From assembly GCA_963789855.1 (NCBI GenBank), contig CAWBMM010000002.1, positions 324,353-388,352 of the forward strand: a DNA stretch of 64,000 nt, read 5' to 3'. The notes beneath the pieces are model-generated. The model was not told where the DNA came from. It searched no databases and was given only the letters and a program-made list of their open reading frames with translations. Made by a program: the position numbers and the translations under genes. The stretch's first letter is position 1. Every line of letters starts with the position of its first letter. This DNA comes from an uncultured Actinomycetota bacterium (GTDB lineage Bacteria > Actinomycetota > Actinomycetes > JACCUZ01). Shown here piece after piece: positions 35,597 through 45,742 of the stretch.

Positions 35597-37834
35597 GTGC
35601 GCCTCGCCATCGGGCTGGCCATCACGCTGGCCGCGTTCCTCGTCGTCGGCCGCCGCGCCTGGTACCTGTACCGGCTGATCGGCTCCGGGCAGCCGGCGCC
35701 GGGGCGGATGGACGGCATCGGCGCCCGGTTCAAGAGCCAGGTCGCCGAGGTCTTCGGCCAGCGCAAGCTGCTGAAGTGGTCGGTGCCCGGGGTGGCGCAC
35801 TTCTTCACCTTCTGGGCGTTCATCGTGCTGGCCGCCACGATCCTGGAGGCCTACGGCGCGCTGTTCACCCCGGACTTCGCGATCCCGGTGATCGGGCACT
35901 GGACGGTGCTCGGGTTCCTCGAGGACTTCTTCGGGGTGGCGGTGCTGATCGCGATCACCTGCTTCGCGATCATCCGGATCCGGCAGGCGCCGTCGCGGCG
36001 CGAGCGAGCCTCCCGGTTCTACGGCTCGCACACCGGGGCGGCCTGGCTCGTGCTGTTCATGATCTTCAACGTGGTGTGGACGCTGTTCCTCTACCGCGGC
36101 GCGCAGATCAACACCGGCAACTTCCCCTACCAGGACGCCGGCTGGTGGACCTTCGCGTCCAAGGCGACCGCCACCGTGCTCGAGCCCCTGGGCGAGAGCG
36201 CCAACGAGACGCTGGAGACCATCGGCATCCTGCTGCAGATCGGCGTGATCCTCGGCTTCCTGGTGCTCGTCGTCTACTCCAAGCACCTGCACATCTTCCT
36301 GGCCCCGTTGAACGTGCTCACCAAGCGCGAGCCCAACGCGCTCGGCCCGCTGCTGCCGATCATGGTCGACGGCAAGGCGATCGACTTCGAGAACCTCGAC
36401 GAGCTGGACGAGGACACCACCTTCGGCCGCGGCACCATCGAGGACTTCACCTGGAAGGGCATGCTCGACTTCTCGACCTGCACCGAGTGCGGTCGCTGCC
36501 AGTCGCAGTGCCCGGCGTGGAACACCGGCAAGCCGCTGTCGCCGAAGCTGCTGATCATGGACCTGCGCGACCACCTGTTCGCCAAGGGCCCGGCGCTGCT
36601 GGGTGCGAACGGCGCGGCGGTCACCGGTGTCGAGGAGGCCGGCAACGAGTCGTCCCAGCCCGGCGCGGCTCACCACGGCGTACCGGAGTCCGGGTTCGGA
36701 CGGGTGCCCGACCAGGGGCAGCCACAGGTCGACCGGCCGCTCGTCGGCACCCTCGAGGAGGGCGGGGTCATCGACCCCGACGTGCTGTGGTCGTGCACGA
36801 CCTGCGGCGCCTGCGTCGAGCAGTGCCCCGTCGACATCGAGCACGTCGACCACATCCTCGACATGCGCCGCTTCCAGGTGCTCGTCGAGTCGTCGTTCCC
36901 CAGCGAGGCCGGGACGATGCTGAAGAACCTCGAGAACAAGGGCAACCCGTGGGGCATGTCGTCGCGGGCCCGGCTGGACTGGACCCAGGGCCTGGACTTC
37001 GAGGTGCCGGTGCTCGGCCAGGACGTCGAGGACCTCAGCGAGGTCGACTACCTCTACTGGGTCGGCTGCGCCGGGGCGCTGGAGGACCGCGCGAAGAAGA
37101 CGACCCGCGCGTTCGCCGAGCTGCTGCACATCGCCGGGGTCCGGTTCGCGGTGCTCGGCGACGCCGAGGCCTGCTCCGGTGACCCGGCCCGCCGGCTCGG
37201 CAACGAGTTCGTGTTCCAGATGCTGGCCCAGCAGAACATCGAGACGCTCAACGAGGCCGGCGCCGACAAGACCGTGATCGTCGCGACCTGCCCGCACTGC
37301 TTCAACTCCCTCGGCCGGGAGTACCCGCAGCTCGGCGGCAGCTACGAGGTCGTCCACCACACCCAGCTGCTGGGCCGCCTGGTCGAGGAGGGCCGGCTCA
37401 CGCCGGTCACGCCGATCGACCAGCTGGTCACCTACCACGACCCGTGCTACCTGGGCCGGCACAACAAGGTCTACACACCGCCGCGCGAGGTGCTCGCGTC
37501 GGTGCCGGGCCTGCGCACCGAGGAGATGCACCGGTGCAAGGAGCGCGGCTTCTGCTGCGGCGCCGGCGGTGCGCGGATGTGGATGGAGGAGAAGATCGGC
37601 AAGCGGGTCAACGTCGAGCGGGTCGACGAAGCCCTCTCGATCGACCCCGACGTCGTGTCGACGGCGTGCCCGTTCTGCCTGGTGATGCTCGGCGACGCCG
37701 TCACCGCGAAGAAGCAGGACGGCTCGGCGCGGGAGGACGTCGAGGTGCTCGACGTCAGCCAGCTGATGCTGCGCTCGGTGCGGCGCAACATCACCTCGAT
37801 CGCGGTCGAGGACGACCCGGAGCCGGGTAGCTAG
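35597..37834 (+). CDS. Membrane-anchored Fe-S/CCG-domain oxidoreductase (Rv0338c-like, heterodisulfide-reductase-related)
   Basis: Intact 745-aa ORF with N-terminal TM helices. Two ferredoxin motifs [12 protein letters not shown] and [12 protein letters not shown]. Cysteine-rich CCG motifs ([25 protein letters not shown]). Confidence 0.85.
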   Translation: MRLAIGLAITLAAFLVVGRRAWYLYRLIGSGQPAPGRMDGIGARFKSQVAEVFGQRKLLKWSVPGVAHFFTFWAFIVLAATILEAYGALFTPDFAIPVIGHWTVLGFLEDFFGVAVLIAITCFAIIRIRQAPSRRERASRFYGSHTGAAWLVLFMIFNVVWTLFLYRGAQINTGNFPYQDAGWWTFASKATATVLEPLGESANETLETIGILLQIGVILGFLVLVVYSKHLHIFLAPLNVLTKREPNALGPLLPIMVDGKAIDFENLDELDEDTTFGRGTIEDFTWKGMLDFSTCTECGRCQSQCPAWNTGKPLSPKLLIMDLRDHLFAKGPALLGANGAAVTGVEEAGNESSQPGAAHHGVPESGFGRVPDQGQPQVDRPLVGTLEEGGVIDPDVLWSCTTCGACVEQCPVDIEHVDHILDMRRFQVLVESSFPSEAGTMLKNLENKGNPWGMSSRARLDWTQGLDFEVPVLGQDVEDLSEVDYLYWVGCAGALEDRAKKTTRAFAELLHIAGVRFAVLGDAEACSGDPARRLGNEFVFQMLAQQNIETLNEAGADKTVIVATCPHCFNSLGREYPQLGGSYEVVHHTQLLGRLVEEGRLTPVTPIDQLVTYHDPCYLGRHNKVYTPPREVLASVPGLRTEEMHRCKERGFCCGAGGARMWMEEKIGKRVNVERVDEALSIDPDVVSTACPFCLVMLGDAVTAKKQDGSAREDVEVLDVSQLMLRSVRRNITSIAVEDDPEPGS

Positions 37835-38407
37835 GTCGCGGTGCGGTGGAAGTTCTGGAACGACCGGGACGGCGTCGGGCCGCGCTGGTCCTGGTAGCGC
37901 GAGCCGGTGGCTCCTGAGCCGTACGGCGCCTCGGAGGGGCTGGACAGCCGGAAGAAGCAGAGCTGGCCGATCTTCATGCCGGGCCACAGCTTGATCGGCA
38001 GCGTCGCGACGTTGGACAGCTCCAGGGTCACGTGGCCCGGAGAAGCCGGCGTCGATGAAGCCGGCCGTCGAGTGGGTCAGCAGCCCCAGCCGGCCGAGAC
38101 TCGACTTGCCCTCGAGGCGGGCGCTGACGTCGTCCGGCAAGGACACGACCTCGTACGTCGAGCCGAGCACGAACTCGCCCGGGTGCAGGATGAACGGCTC
38201 GTCGCCGTCCGGTTCGACCAGCCGGGTCAGCTCGGCCTGCTCGACCGCCGGGTCGATGTGCGGGTAGCGGTGGTTCTCGAACACCCGGAAGTAGCGGTCG
38301 ATGCGGACGTCGACGCTGGAGGGCTGGACCATCGCCGGGTCGAAGGGGTCGAGACCGACCCGGCCGGACTCGATCGCGGCGCGGATGTCCCTGTCCGAGA
38401 GCAGCAC
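37831..38407 (-). pseudogene. dcd: dCTP deaminase, one frameshift
   Basis: [24 protein letters not shown]…[14 protein letters not shown] is in the 38407 frame. [33 protein letters not shown]… is in the 38031 frame. The switch is at the ccc run 38036-38038 (one extra base). Confidence 0.9.
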
Positions 38408-38473
38408 ACGAGGACCCTATCGGCGCTGCCCGGCCGCCCGCGGCGAGGCGCTAACATGTCCGAGTTCCACGCC

Positions 38474-38544
38474 GCGGGTGTAGTTCAATGGCAGAACATC
38501 AGCTTCCCAAGCTGACAGTGCGAGTTCGATTCTCGTCACCCGCT
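38474..38544 (+). tRNA. tRNA-Gly (anticodon CCC)
   Basis: Hand-folded cloverleaf: acceptor GCGGGTG/CACCCGC, D arm GTTC/GAAC, anticodon arm TCAGC-TTCCCAA-GCTGA, T arm GCGAG-TTCGATT-CTCGT, discriminator T. CCA is not encoded. Confidence 0.9.
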
Positions 38545-38546
38545 CC
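38500..38546 (+). repeat. attL core (3' part of tRNA-Gly)
   Basis: cagcttcccaagctgacagtgcgagttcgattctcgtcacccgctcc is identical to 55385-55431. The bases on both sides of the repeat differ between the two copies. Confidence 0.9.
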
Positions 38547-38551
38547 CTCGA

Positions 38552-38574
38552 AAACCCTTATGGAATAAGGGTTT
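38552..38574. other. AT-rich 10-bp hairpin immediately inside attL
   Basis: aaacccttat-gga-ataagggttt. It is conspicuously AT-rich for this genome. It could be a tRNA terminator supplied by the element, or part of attP. Confidence 0.5.
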
Positions 38575-38611
38575 CTGGCCACTCTCGGACCAAGCGCAAG
38601 AACTCTCGATT

Positions 38612-38672
38612 GGCCCACGTGGGCCGTAACGCGCCCCTGTTGACCGGCTTATAGCCCACGTTTGGCCCACGA
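38612..38672. repeat. GGCCCAC-containing motifs near attL (candidate integrase arm-type sites)
   Basis: Palindrome ggcccacgtgggcc (38612-38625), and the 21-mer tagcccacgtttggcccacga (38652-38672). The 21-mer recurs exactly at 55295-55315 in the same orientation. Confidence 0.6.
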
Positions 38673-38752
38673 TCATCTTCTCGCCGGCACCCCGGCCGGT
38701 CCCGAAACGGAGCCGGAGCGCAGCACACCGGCCGGGTCGGGCGAGATGTTGG

Positions 38753-39004
38753 TCAGGGCTGACCGGCAGCATCGCGCAGCACCCGAGCCACCGGGGTCGT
38801 CCCGTCCCGGCTCTCGGGCAGGGCCACGCCTCTGGCCGGTGCGACACGTCCGGCGGCGACGAAGGCGTCGAGGTCCGTGGAGTCGATGCGCACGTGCTTG
38901 CCGAGCTTGGCGAAGGCGATCCGTCGCTCGGCGACGAGCCGACGGATGAATCGCGGCGACGTACCTAGACGCTCGGCCGCCTGGTCGACAGTGAGCAGAG
39001 GCAT
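38753..39004 (-). CDS. xis: Excisionase-family / HTH_17 DNA-binding protein
   Basis: MPLLTVDQAAERLGTSPRFIRRLVAERRIAFAKLGKHVRIDSTDLDAFV is the typical excisionase-type HTH. A GGAGGA Shine-Dalgarno sits 7 nt upstream of the ATG at 39004. Confidence 0.7.
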   Translation of the reverse strand: MPLLTVDQAAERLGTSPRFIRRLVAERRIAFAKLGKHVRIDSTDLDAFVAAGRVAPARGVALPESRDGTTPVARVLRDAAGQP

Positions 39005-39199
39005 CGGAGGGTCCTCCTGTCCCGACGACGGGGCTGTGGGTAGCGCGCGGGTGCCCGCACCTGACCGTCAGGATGAACCCGAATCGCCAGTGCTGCTCGG
39101 CGCTGATCGCGACGCCCGCGCGCGGGTCGTGCCGTCTCGTGACCCGGCGCACGCCCCCGTACCACCACGGACGTCCCCGTCCTGACCGGTCCTTCGAAA

Positions 39200-40102
39200 G
39201 AATCTTGAAAGCTAGGGCCGGGCTCGGGCGTGTCCCGCCCCTGCTGGGCCGGACACTCCACGATCAGGCTTCGAGCCAGCTGCTCTGTGTTGAGCTGGTG
39301 GATTGCCTCAACGACCGCAGTCCGATCTGTGAGGTCGATGCCCCGCTTCGCAAGCTCCGCGACCACGACCTTGGCAGGCCCCAGGACGACTCGTCGTCGA
39401 AGGCCTCCTCGAACGCGGGCAGGGACGCGTCGACCTCGGCGGCGGCCACGGGTCGATCCACGGCGTCGGCACACCTGGGCGGTCGAGGGCCAAACGAAGC
39501 CACCGGCGCCGCGCCTCGGGCAGCCCGGCGCGCTGCTAGGCGTCGAGGCCACCTTGCGAGGCGGCCAGCCCGCGAACACAGAACGACTGCACCCGGGCTC
39601 CAGCCCAGCGGGCGGACCCGGTGATCCCCGTCGCCGTACTCGGGAAGAGGTCGGCCAGCGACCGGGTGGCGTCGTCGTCAGAAAGTCCGGCGGCCGCGAC
39701 GAAGTCCTCGATCAGCGTGGCCTGCTGCTCGTCCGGCCGCGGCTCCCAGTCGGGCCAGTCCCCGAGGTGGGCACGCCAACGCGCCCCGGCGAGAGCCCGC
39801 GCCGGGACGAAGTCCTCGTCGTCATGTCGGCGCCACAGTCGGTCTCGCGCAGCGCGGAAGCCAGCTCGGCCAGCATCTCCTGCGCCGCTGCCCGGACAGC
39901 GGCATCGGAACCTCGCCGTCCCGCAGGTCGCCCCACGTCGCGGCCGCGCTGGCCGCAGGACCGCCAGCTTGTTGACCACCACGCCGCCCACGTCCAGCGC
40001 CGAGGCCATCAACGTGTGCGAGGTCGGGTCGTCGACGTCGATCCAAAGGCACCTGCATGCCGTCTCGGCAATCGACGGCACGGGCTGGTCTTCATCCACC
40101 AC
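39200..40102 (-). pseudogene. Hypothetical island gene, apparently split over several frames
   Basis: Protein-like segments appear in different minus frames: MVDEDQPVPSIAETA…LMASALDVGGVVVNKLAV; AAVRAAAQEMLAELASALRETD; DDEDFVPARALAGARWRAHLGDWPDWEPRPDEQQATLIEDFVAAAGLSDDDATRSLADLF; AKVVVAELAKRGIDLTDRTAVVEAIHQLNTEQLARSLIV. No family recognised and the ends are uncertain. Confidence 0.3.
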
Positions 40103-40159
40103 CCGTTGGTCGCAGGGCGCCAGTGCTCGGACCCCACCGGCGTGGTCGTCGAGGCCGGT

Positions 40160-40583
40160 CTAGTGCGGGGAGGGGCCAGACTTGCTCAGTGAGCGGTCCG
40201 CGCTGCCCACGACACTGCGTAGGAAGTGGTACTGCGTCGTGACCAGCTTGTCGGCCATGTCCAGCGCGGCGTCGATGACCGTTTCGCGGCGCGACGGGCG
40301 TTTGCCGAGCGCGGGGATCACCTCATCGACGGTGTCGACGAACTTGCGGACCGCCTCGATCGCGGCCCGCTGTCCGGCTGCGACCGCCGCGAGTACCTCG
40401 TCAGACAATTCCGCCGTCGTATCAACTGCGGACATCTGCGGGGCGGTCGTGCTCTTCTTAGCCGGCGTGGTCCGGGGTCTTCTTGGCCGGCGTGCGCTTC
40501 CTGGCCGGTGTGCTCTTCTTGGCTGTCGCACGGGTGCGAGAACCCGGTGCCTTCGTCGTCTTAGCGGTGGTGGTCTTGGCCAT
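40160..40583 (-). pseudogene. Protein with Lys/Ala/Thr-rich basic N-terminal tail and conserved helical C-terminal domain; one frameshift
   Basis: MAKTTTAKTTKAPGSRTRATAKKSTPARKRTPAKKTP (ATG at 40583) is in one frame. KKSTTAPQMSAVDTTAELSDEVLAAVAAGQRAAIEAVRKFVDTVDEVIPALG…DMADKLVTTQYHFLRSVV is in the next (switch ~40460). Confidence 0.45.
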
Positions 40584-40858
40584 GATCGCGCTCCTCGGCG
40601 TTCGATGCGAAGCCGTGCTGCCCTGGCGGCGCATCCCCCCGCCGTGCCGCCGACCGGGTGGGCACGCCGCTGCATTCCCTGTCATAGCAGCACGCCCCGT
40701 CCTCGACCGGCAGAGCACAACGTCCCGGAGACCCGGCCGGAGCGAAGAGACGACGTTGGTCAGGTTCGGAGGAGTACGGACTTCGGGCGGTTGGGCGCCG
40801 TTGCGGCTCGACCGGCGCCGCGGGAGGCTGGAAGCCAACGTAGCCGGGAGGGTCTGCG

Positions 40859-41350
40859 ATGCCGGAGCCTGAGATCATCATCGTGCCCGTCGACGTTCCG
40901 GACGGAGTCAATCTGATCTTCGGACAGTCGCATTTCATCAAGACCGTAGAGGACCTGTATGAAGCCCTGGTGGGCTCGTCGCCGCACCTGCGCTTCGGGC
41001 TGGCCTTCTGCGAGGCCTCTGGGCCACGGCTCGTGCGACGGGCCGGTAACGACCCGGCGCTCGTCGACCTGGCGGTCCGACACGCGCTGGCTGTAGGGGC
41101 AGGGCACTCGTTCATCGTGTTCTTGCGCGAGGGGTTCCCCGTGAACGTGCTCAACCAGGTCAAGGCCGTCCCGGAGGTCTGCGGCATCTACTGTGCGACA
41201 GCCAACCCGGTGCAGGTCCTCGTTGCCGAGACTGGGCAGGGTCGAGGCGTCTTGGGCGTCGTCGATGGCGCAGCGCCGCTCGGCGTGGAAGACGAAGGCG
41301 ACGAGGCAGATCGCCGAGCGCTGCTACGGGATATCGGCTACAAGCTGTGA
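40859..41350 (+). CDS. Adenosine-specific-kinase family protein (PF04008-like)
   Basis: Intact 163-aa ORF. GQSHFIKTVEDLYEAL…FGLAFCEASGPRLVR…VPEVCGIYCATANPVQVLVAETGQGRGVLGVVDG…LLRDIGYKL closely matches my recollection of this archaeal/bacterial family. Confidence 0.75.
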   Translation: MPEPEIIIVPVDVPDGVNLIFGQSHFIKTVEDLYEALVGSSPHLRFGLAFCEASGPRLVRRAGNDPALVDLAVRHALAVGAGHSFIVFLREGFPVNVLNQVKAVPEVCGIYCATANPVQVLVAETGQGRGVLGVVDGAAPLGVEDEGDEADRRALLRDIGYKL

Positions 41351-41697
41351 CCGCGCGCCGAGACCGTGCGGGAAGCCACCGACGCGGTCGAGAAGATCCA
41401 CGGCCACGGCGGGAAGACGAGCATCGTGTGGCTCTCGACCCCCACCAACGAGGTATGGCCACATCCGCGGGCCGACTGCAGTCCGCACTGGTCGGGGGCA
41501 TGGACCCCTGCGGTCGGATAGCGCATGGCATGCCCATCGCGGGCGCAACGTCACTGCCTCGCGTGCAGGGCGCCGCGGTCGGCGGTGGGGGGCTGCCGGT
41601 CGATGCACTTTGCCAATCCTTGACGTTCGGGTCGCCCGGAGGACCTTGCAGATGACGCCGGGTGCGACCCGGATCTGCGGCCCCTGGAGGCGCTCCG

Positions 41698-42046
41698 GTG
41701 AGCGGTTTCGTTCAGGTCATCGAGTGGAGAACGTCCAGAATCGATGACGTCGGCAAGTTCATTGAAGACTGGCGCGAAGCGATACCCCGAGATGGGGCCA
41801 AGCCGCGTCCTGGAGTGCGCTGACCGCGACCACCCGGGCCGGTACATGACCGTCGTCGAGTTCCCGTCATATGAAGCCGCGATGACCAACAACCAAGACC
41901 CTGCAACGCATGAGTTCGCCGAGGGGATGCTGGCACTCTGCGATAGCCCGCCCATCTTCCACAACCTCGACGTGATCAATCTGGAGCAGCGAGAAGCGGG
42001 CGTGCTGATCTTGCCGTCCGAGGACGCCAAGAACCGGCACCGCTGA
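41698..42046 (+). pseudogene. Small alpha+beta-barrel-like (ABM-like) conserved actinobacterial protein, one frameshift
   Basis: GTG at 41698 with GGAGG 8 nt upstream: VSGFVQVIEWRTSRIDDVGKFIEDWREA… The protein continues in the 41744 frame: …RVLECADRDHPGRYMTVVEFPSYEAAMTNNQDPATHEFAEGMLALCDSPPIFHNLDVI. The switch is near 41785-41800. Confidence 0.5.
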
Positions 42047-42313
42047 CCTTCCAAGCGCGAGCAACGCCCCAGACCGGCCGCGCGTCGGGGGCGTCGTTCG
42101 TCCGCCCACCCCTCCGCGGCGGCAGTCCCGAGGACGCCAGCGGCGCCCGGAAGGTTCGGTCCAGGGCTGGACATTGCGGCGGGCAAACCCTGCAGCGGAG
42201 TCGGTCGGTCCTCCATTTGGCGCCCACACCGGGCCACGAGTTGCGACACCCGGGGGCTCACCAGCTCCGACCGGGGGCCCTCCGCCGACGCATGGGGCCC
42301 GGGGCGTCGTCGT

Positions 42314-42877
42314 TTGGGCCTGCGACTCCCCTCGGGACGTTCGCCGCTGACAAGGCCGCAGGATGCCGCGGCGCGAACTCTTCCCTTCGAAGATCAGCCA
42401 CCCCTCGATGTCGGCCCACAGAGCGCTTCGACGCCGGGCAAGGCCAACACGCCATTCCTCGGCGCCGGCTCAGGCGACGCCGGTCCTCGGGTGTTGAGCC
42501 GCCGATTCGCTCAGACGGGCAGCGCCATCGGGCTTTCCGTCCCGGACGCGGGGCATCCGCCGGTCGATGGTGGGAGGTGGTCGGCGCCGCTCAACCCCCG
42601 AGCGTCGGGTCGGCATCGCCCCGGCATCGTCGGGTTTACCGTTGGGGCAGCTCACTTCCCAGACCCTGGAGGGAGCGTGGTGGCGTTCGGTTACAGCGGT
42701 CCGACGGTGCACATCGCCGTCGGCGTCCTGATGGAGCAGCACGATCTCGACGAAGCGCGGGCGACAGCCCTGATCATCGCATCCGCCTCTCGCTCCGCTC
42801 GAACCGTCAGCGACCTGGCGGTTGAGATCGTCGCGAACCCCCGCCGCATGGTCGTCGACGGCCAGCTGCCCGGTTAA
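42314..42877 (+). CDS. ANTAR-domain protein (RNA-binding antiterminator-type regulator); N-terminal part unclear
   Basis: The C-terminus …HIAVGVLMEQHDLDEARATALIIASASRSARTVSDLAVEIV fits the ANTAR helix pattern. The N-terminal 120 aa are low-confidence and may be frameshifted. Confidence 0.5.
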   Translation: MGLRLPSGRSPLTRPQDAAARTLPFEDQPPLDVGPQSASTPGKANTPFLGAGSGDAGPRVLSRRFAQTGSAIGLSVPDAGHPPVDGGRWSAPLNPRASGRHRPGIVGFTVGAAHFPDPGGSVVAFGYSGPTVHIAVGVLMEQHDLDEARATALIIASASRSARTVSDLAVEIVANPRRMVVDGQLPG

Positions 42878-43043
42878 GGACCCAGCGGCTGCCCTCGCTG
42901 GCTCAGTCGGCGCGGGGGTTGTGGGTTCAGAAGGCGGCATCAGGTGCACGCCGCCGCATAGATTTGCCAGGCGCCCGGTGGCGCCGCCGCTTCGGTTCCG
43001 GCGAGACCGTCAGACGTCGCTTCGACCGTGTGGGGTCGACCTC

Positions 43044-43610
43044 TCAGGAGGGCCTGCAGTCCTCGAACGCGACCAGCCGCAGGACGGCGGGGTATTGCCG
43101 GGCGTTCTCGACGTAGGCCTCGACTCCGTGGCTGATCCGTCGGGCGTGCTCGGTGCCTTCGAGGGGCATGACGTGTCCCGGCACGCCGCGGACCATCGAG
43201 TGGGGCGGTACCCGGCGGCCCTCGGTGACGAGGGTGCCGGCGGCGATGACGCTGTGCGCACCGACCACCGCACGGTTGAGCACAGTGGACATCGAGCCGA
43301 CGAGACAGTGATCCTCGATGATGCAGCTTTCGAGGTGGGCGTTGTGTCCCACCACACATTCCGCGCCGATCCGTGTCGGGTTGGCGCGGGTGGTGTGGAG
43401 AACCGTCCCGTCCTGCACCGAGGTTCGCGCCCCGACCACGATCGACCCGTAGTCGCCCCTCAGGACGGCGGTCGGCCAGACCGACGCGTCCTCGCCCAAC
43501 ACGACGTCCCCGATGACCACCGCGTCCGGATGGACATACACGCCGCGGGCGATTCTCGGCTTGACTCCGTCGAAAGCGTAGATCGGCACCCAGTCCTCCA
43601 AGGTCGGCAT
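43044..43610 (-). CDS. Gamma-carbonic-anhydrase-like / hexapeptide-repeat (LbH) protein
   Basis: 188 aa from the ATG at 43610 (MPTLEDWVPIYAFDGVKPRIARGVYVHPDAVVIGDVVLGEDASVWPTAVLRGDYG…), the typical YrdA/PaaY-type left-handed beta-helix. Confidence 0.8.
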   Translation of the reverse strand: MPTLEDWVPIYAFDGVKPRIARGVYVHPDAVVIGDVVLGEDASVWPTAVLRGDYGSIVVGARTSVQDGTVLHTTRANPTRIGAECVVGHNAHLESCIIEDHCLVGSMSTVLNRAVVGAHSVIAAGTLVTEGRRVPPHSMVRGVPGHVMPLEGTEHARRISHGVEAYVENARQYPAVLRLVAFEDCRPS

Positions 43611-44063
43611 CTGGCGCACAACAAGCGTGTCAGGTCGGCTCGCGCCTACGTACTCCGGTGGGAGCCCAGAGCGACCCGAGAATCGCCGCGTTAGACCGGG
43701 CGGCTCTGCCAGGAACATGACGGGCTCGCGCGCCCATCAAGCGGGCCTGGCCAGCCGCTACGACAAACACGCCCTCGTCTGCCGAGGAGGCGTTGTCCTC
43801 GCCGCCATCCTCCTGGCTCACCTGCTTGGTGAGACGGGGCCCAACTAGGCGCCGCCGGCCGTGCTTGTGACCGCAGTAGTGACCCACAGTCCAGTCCGCA
43901 GACGGGCCGCGATGCTATGGACCTGGCTCGTCTCCTGTTTCGAGACGGTCTGAACGATTGTCGGCGCGGCCACAGGATCAAGGTGGGGGACATAGAGTGA
44001 GCGGCAAGCGGCCCCGGGCCGCTTGCCGGGCCAGCGGCGACGCGGCCAGTTCGAGGTCGGAAG

Positions 44064-44426
44064 ATGTCCAGACGCGATGACGTCGGTGAGCTCCTCGAGG
44101 ATGACGGCGCCGAGGACACGATGCTCGACGCGGACGGCGACAACACCGGGGACGCCGGTGATCGATACCGGGGCTCCCTCGGGTTCGGCACCACCGCGGC
44201 GGAAGAGTCACGTGGTGAGTCTTTGGATCAGCTGCTGGCCGAGGAAGAGCCCGATGCGGTCGAGGACGACGCAGGAGATCCCGACTGGGACGACCGCGGT
44301 CCCCGCCGGGAGATCGCCCAATTGCTGACCGGCGGGGAGGGCTCGCACTCGCGCACCGATCCAGACCTCCTGGGAAAGGACCGGGGCGATGCGGGTCTCT
44401 CGGCCGAAGAGGCCGCCATGCACTGA
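44064..44426 (+). CDS. Acidic DUF5709-like protein
   Basis: Highly acidic 120-aa ORF with …ESLDQLLAEEEPD… and C-terminal …GLSAEEAAMH, as recalled for DUF5709. Confidence 0.6.
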   Translation: MSRRDDVGELLEDDGAEDTMLDADGDNTGDAGDRYRGSLGFGTTAAEESRGESLDQLLAEEEPDAVEDDAGDPDWDDRGPRREIAQLLTGGEGSHSRTDPDLLGKDRGDAGLSAEEAAMH

Positions 44427-45742
44427 GCCGACGCCGGCCTGCGTCTGTCATGCGCGCCAAGGACCGACCGTCGGGCGCTGCTGCCGCGCGTGGACGGCGA
44501 CGCGGTCGTGTTCTGCGACCACGTCGACGCGAGCTCGCTCAAGCAGGGTGGCCGATGCGAGTCGAACGACGCGCCAACGGTCCGTCACCGGTTGTAGTGG
44601 GCTGTCACGCAACTGAACCTTGACGGCGATCTCGATCCGGTCGCATCGTCAGAACTGGCGACCCGCTCGCTCTCTGGGAGGCCAGGGAACCCGCGTCGCC
44701 ACCAGCGTGGGGGGGTCTCATGCGGCGAGAAGCGGTAGAGGTCGACCACGGCGGCTTGTGGCCTGGAACCGTGTGGCGGCGGACCGACCGCGCCCGCGGT
44801 CGGTCGGCAGCTCGCGGCTGCGATCTGGGCGGCGCGGCGTCATGACGCGCGAGCAGCTGGTGACGGCAGAGGCGATCGCGATGGCCGACGCGCGAAGGAT
44901 GGCGGCCGCCTTGGGTACTCAAGCCCACGACGAGGGCCACGCGCGCGTCAGGACAGCTGTGCAGGCACGTTCGCAACCGGCTGAGAGGACGGCGGCCCGA
45001 GCCGCCAGGGGCTGGGTCCCAACATCTGCCGGCGGCCCGACGTCGCAGAGCCACACTGGTCACACAGGAATCGGCCTTCCGCTGCAGGCTCCGCCCCTTA
45101 GCACTCCCGCGTTGCCGGGCCCGTCCCCCAGTGGTTCGGCGGCGCGGGTTGGACTCGTGCTGTGTGCTCTCCGCGTGCACCGCTGGGATCGCCAACAGGG
45201 TGAGCCCCCACGGCAATTCAACCGCTGTCGTCGGTGCGGTGCGCGGCGGCCGTGAGACTGGTCGGTCGACTGCGAGCCGGCGGATGAACCTGGTGGGACG
45301 GACTTCGGTAATGCTCCGAAGGACGGCGAAGTGGGCACGCCGGCCGCAAAGAGCATGATCCAGAGGAGCGTCCGACGAGCTGAGGCTCGATCTGAATGGG
45401 ATCGCCTCCCGGCGTCAGGCCGAGTGTCGGCAGACTGCACTCACCTCGTCCGACGTGCTGTCGCGGGCTTGCGGCCACCGCACGGGATGCCCTCACGGGG
45501 CGTCGCAGCGCCCTCGACGAGGTGATGGCAGGGGCGCTGCCGCGTGCGGCCTTGCCGGAGTTGAGGGCCGATGTCGCCTGGAGTGGGTGGGGTACCGGCG
45601 CCCGGCGGGAGGGTGGTGATCGCCGACTGGCTGGCCCCAGGCCGGAGTCGCGCGCAGAGCGCAAGGAGCTGGCAGCCTGTGCTCTCAGGTGCCGTTCGGC
45701 GGTCGGTCGCGTGCGGGCTCACGGCTCGGGTGTGGAAGGCCA

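Noticed and set aside
38965-39579. 204-aa ORF taken as one intact island gene.
   Set aside because: Only its middle part (AKVVVAELAKRGIDLTDRTAVVEAIHQLNTEQLARSLIV) looks protein-like. The rest is Arg/Pro-rich read-through overlapping xis. It was folded into the multi-frame hypothetical gene 39200-40102.
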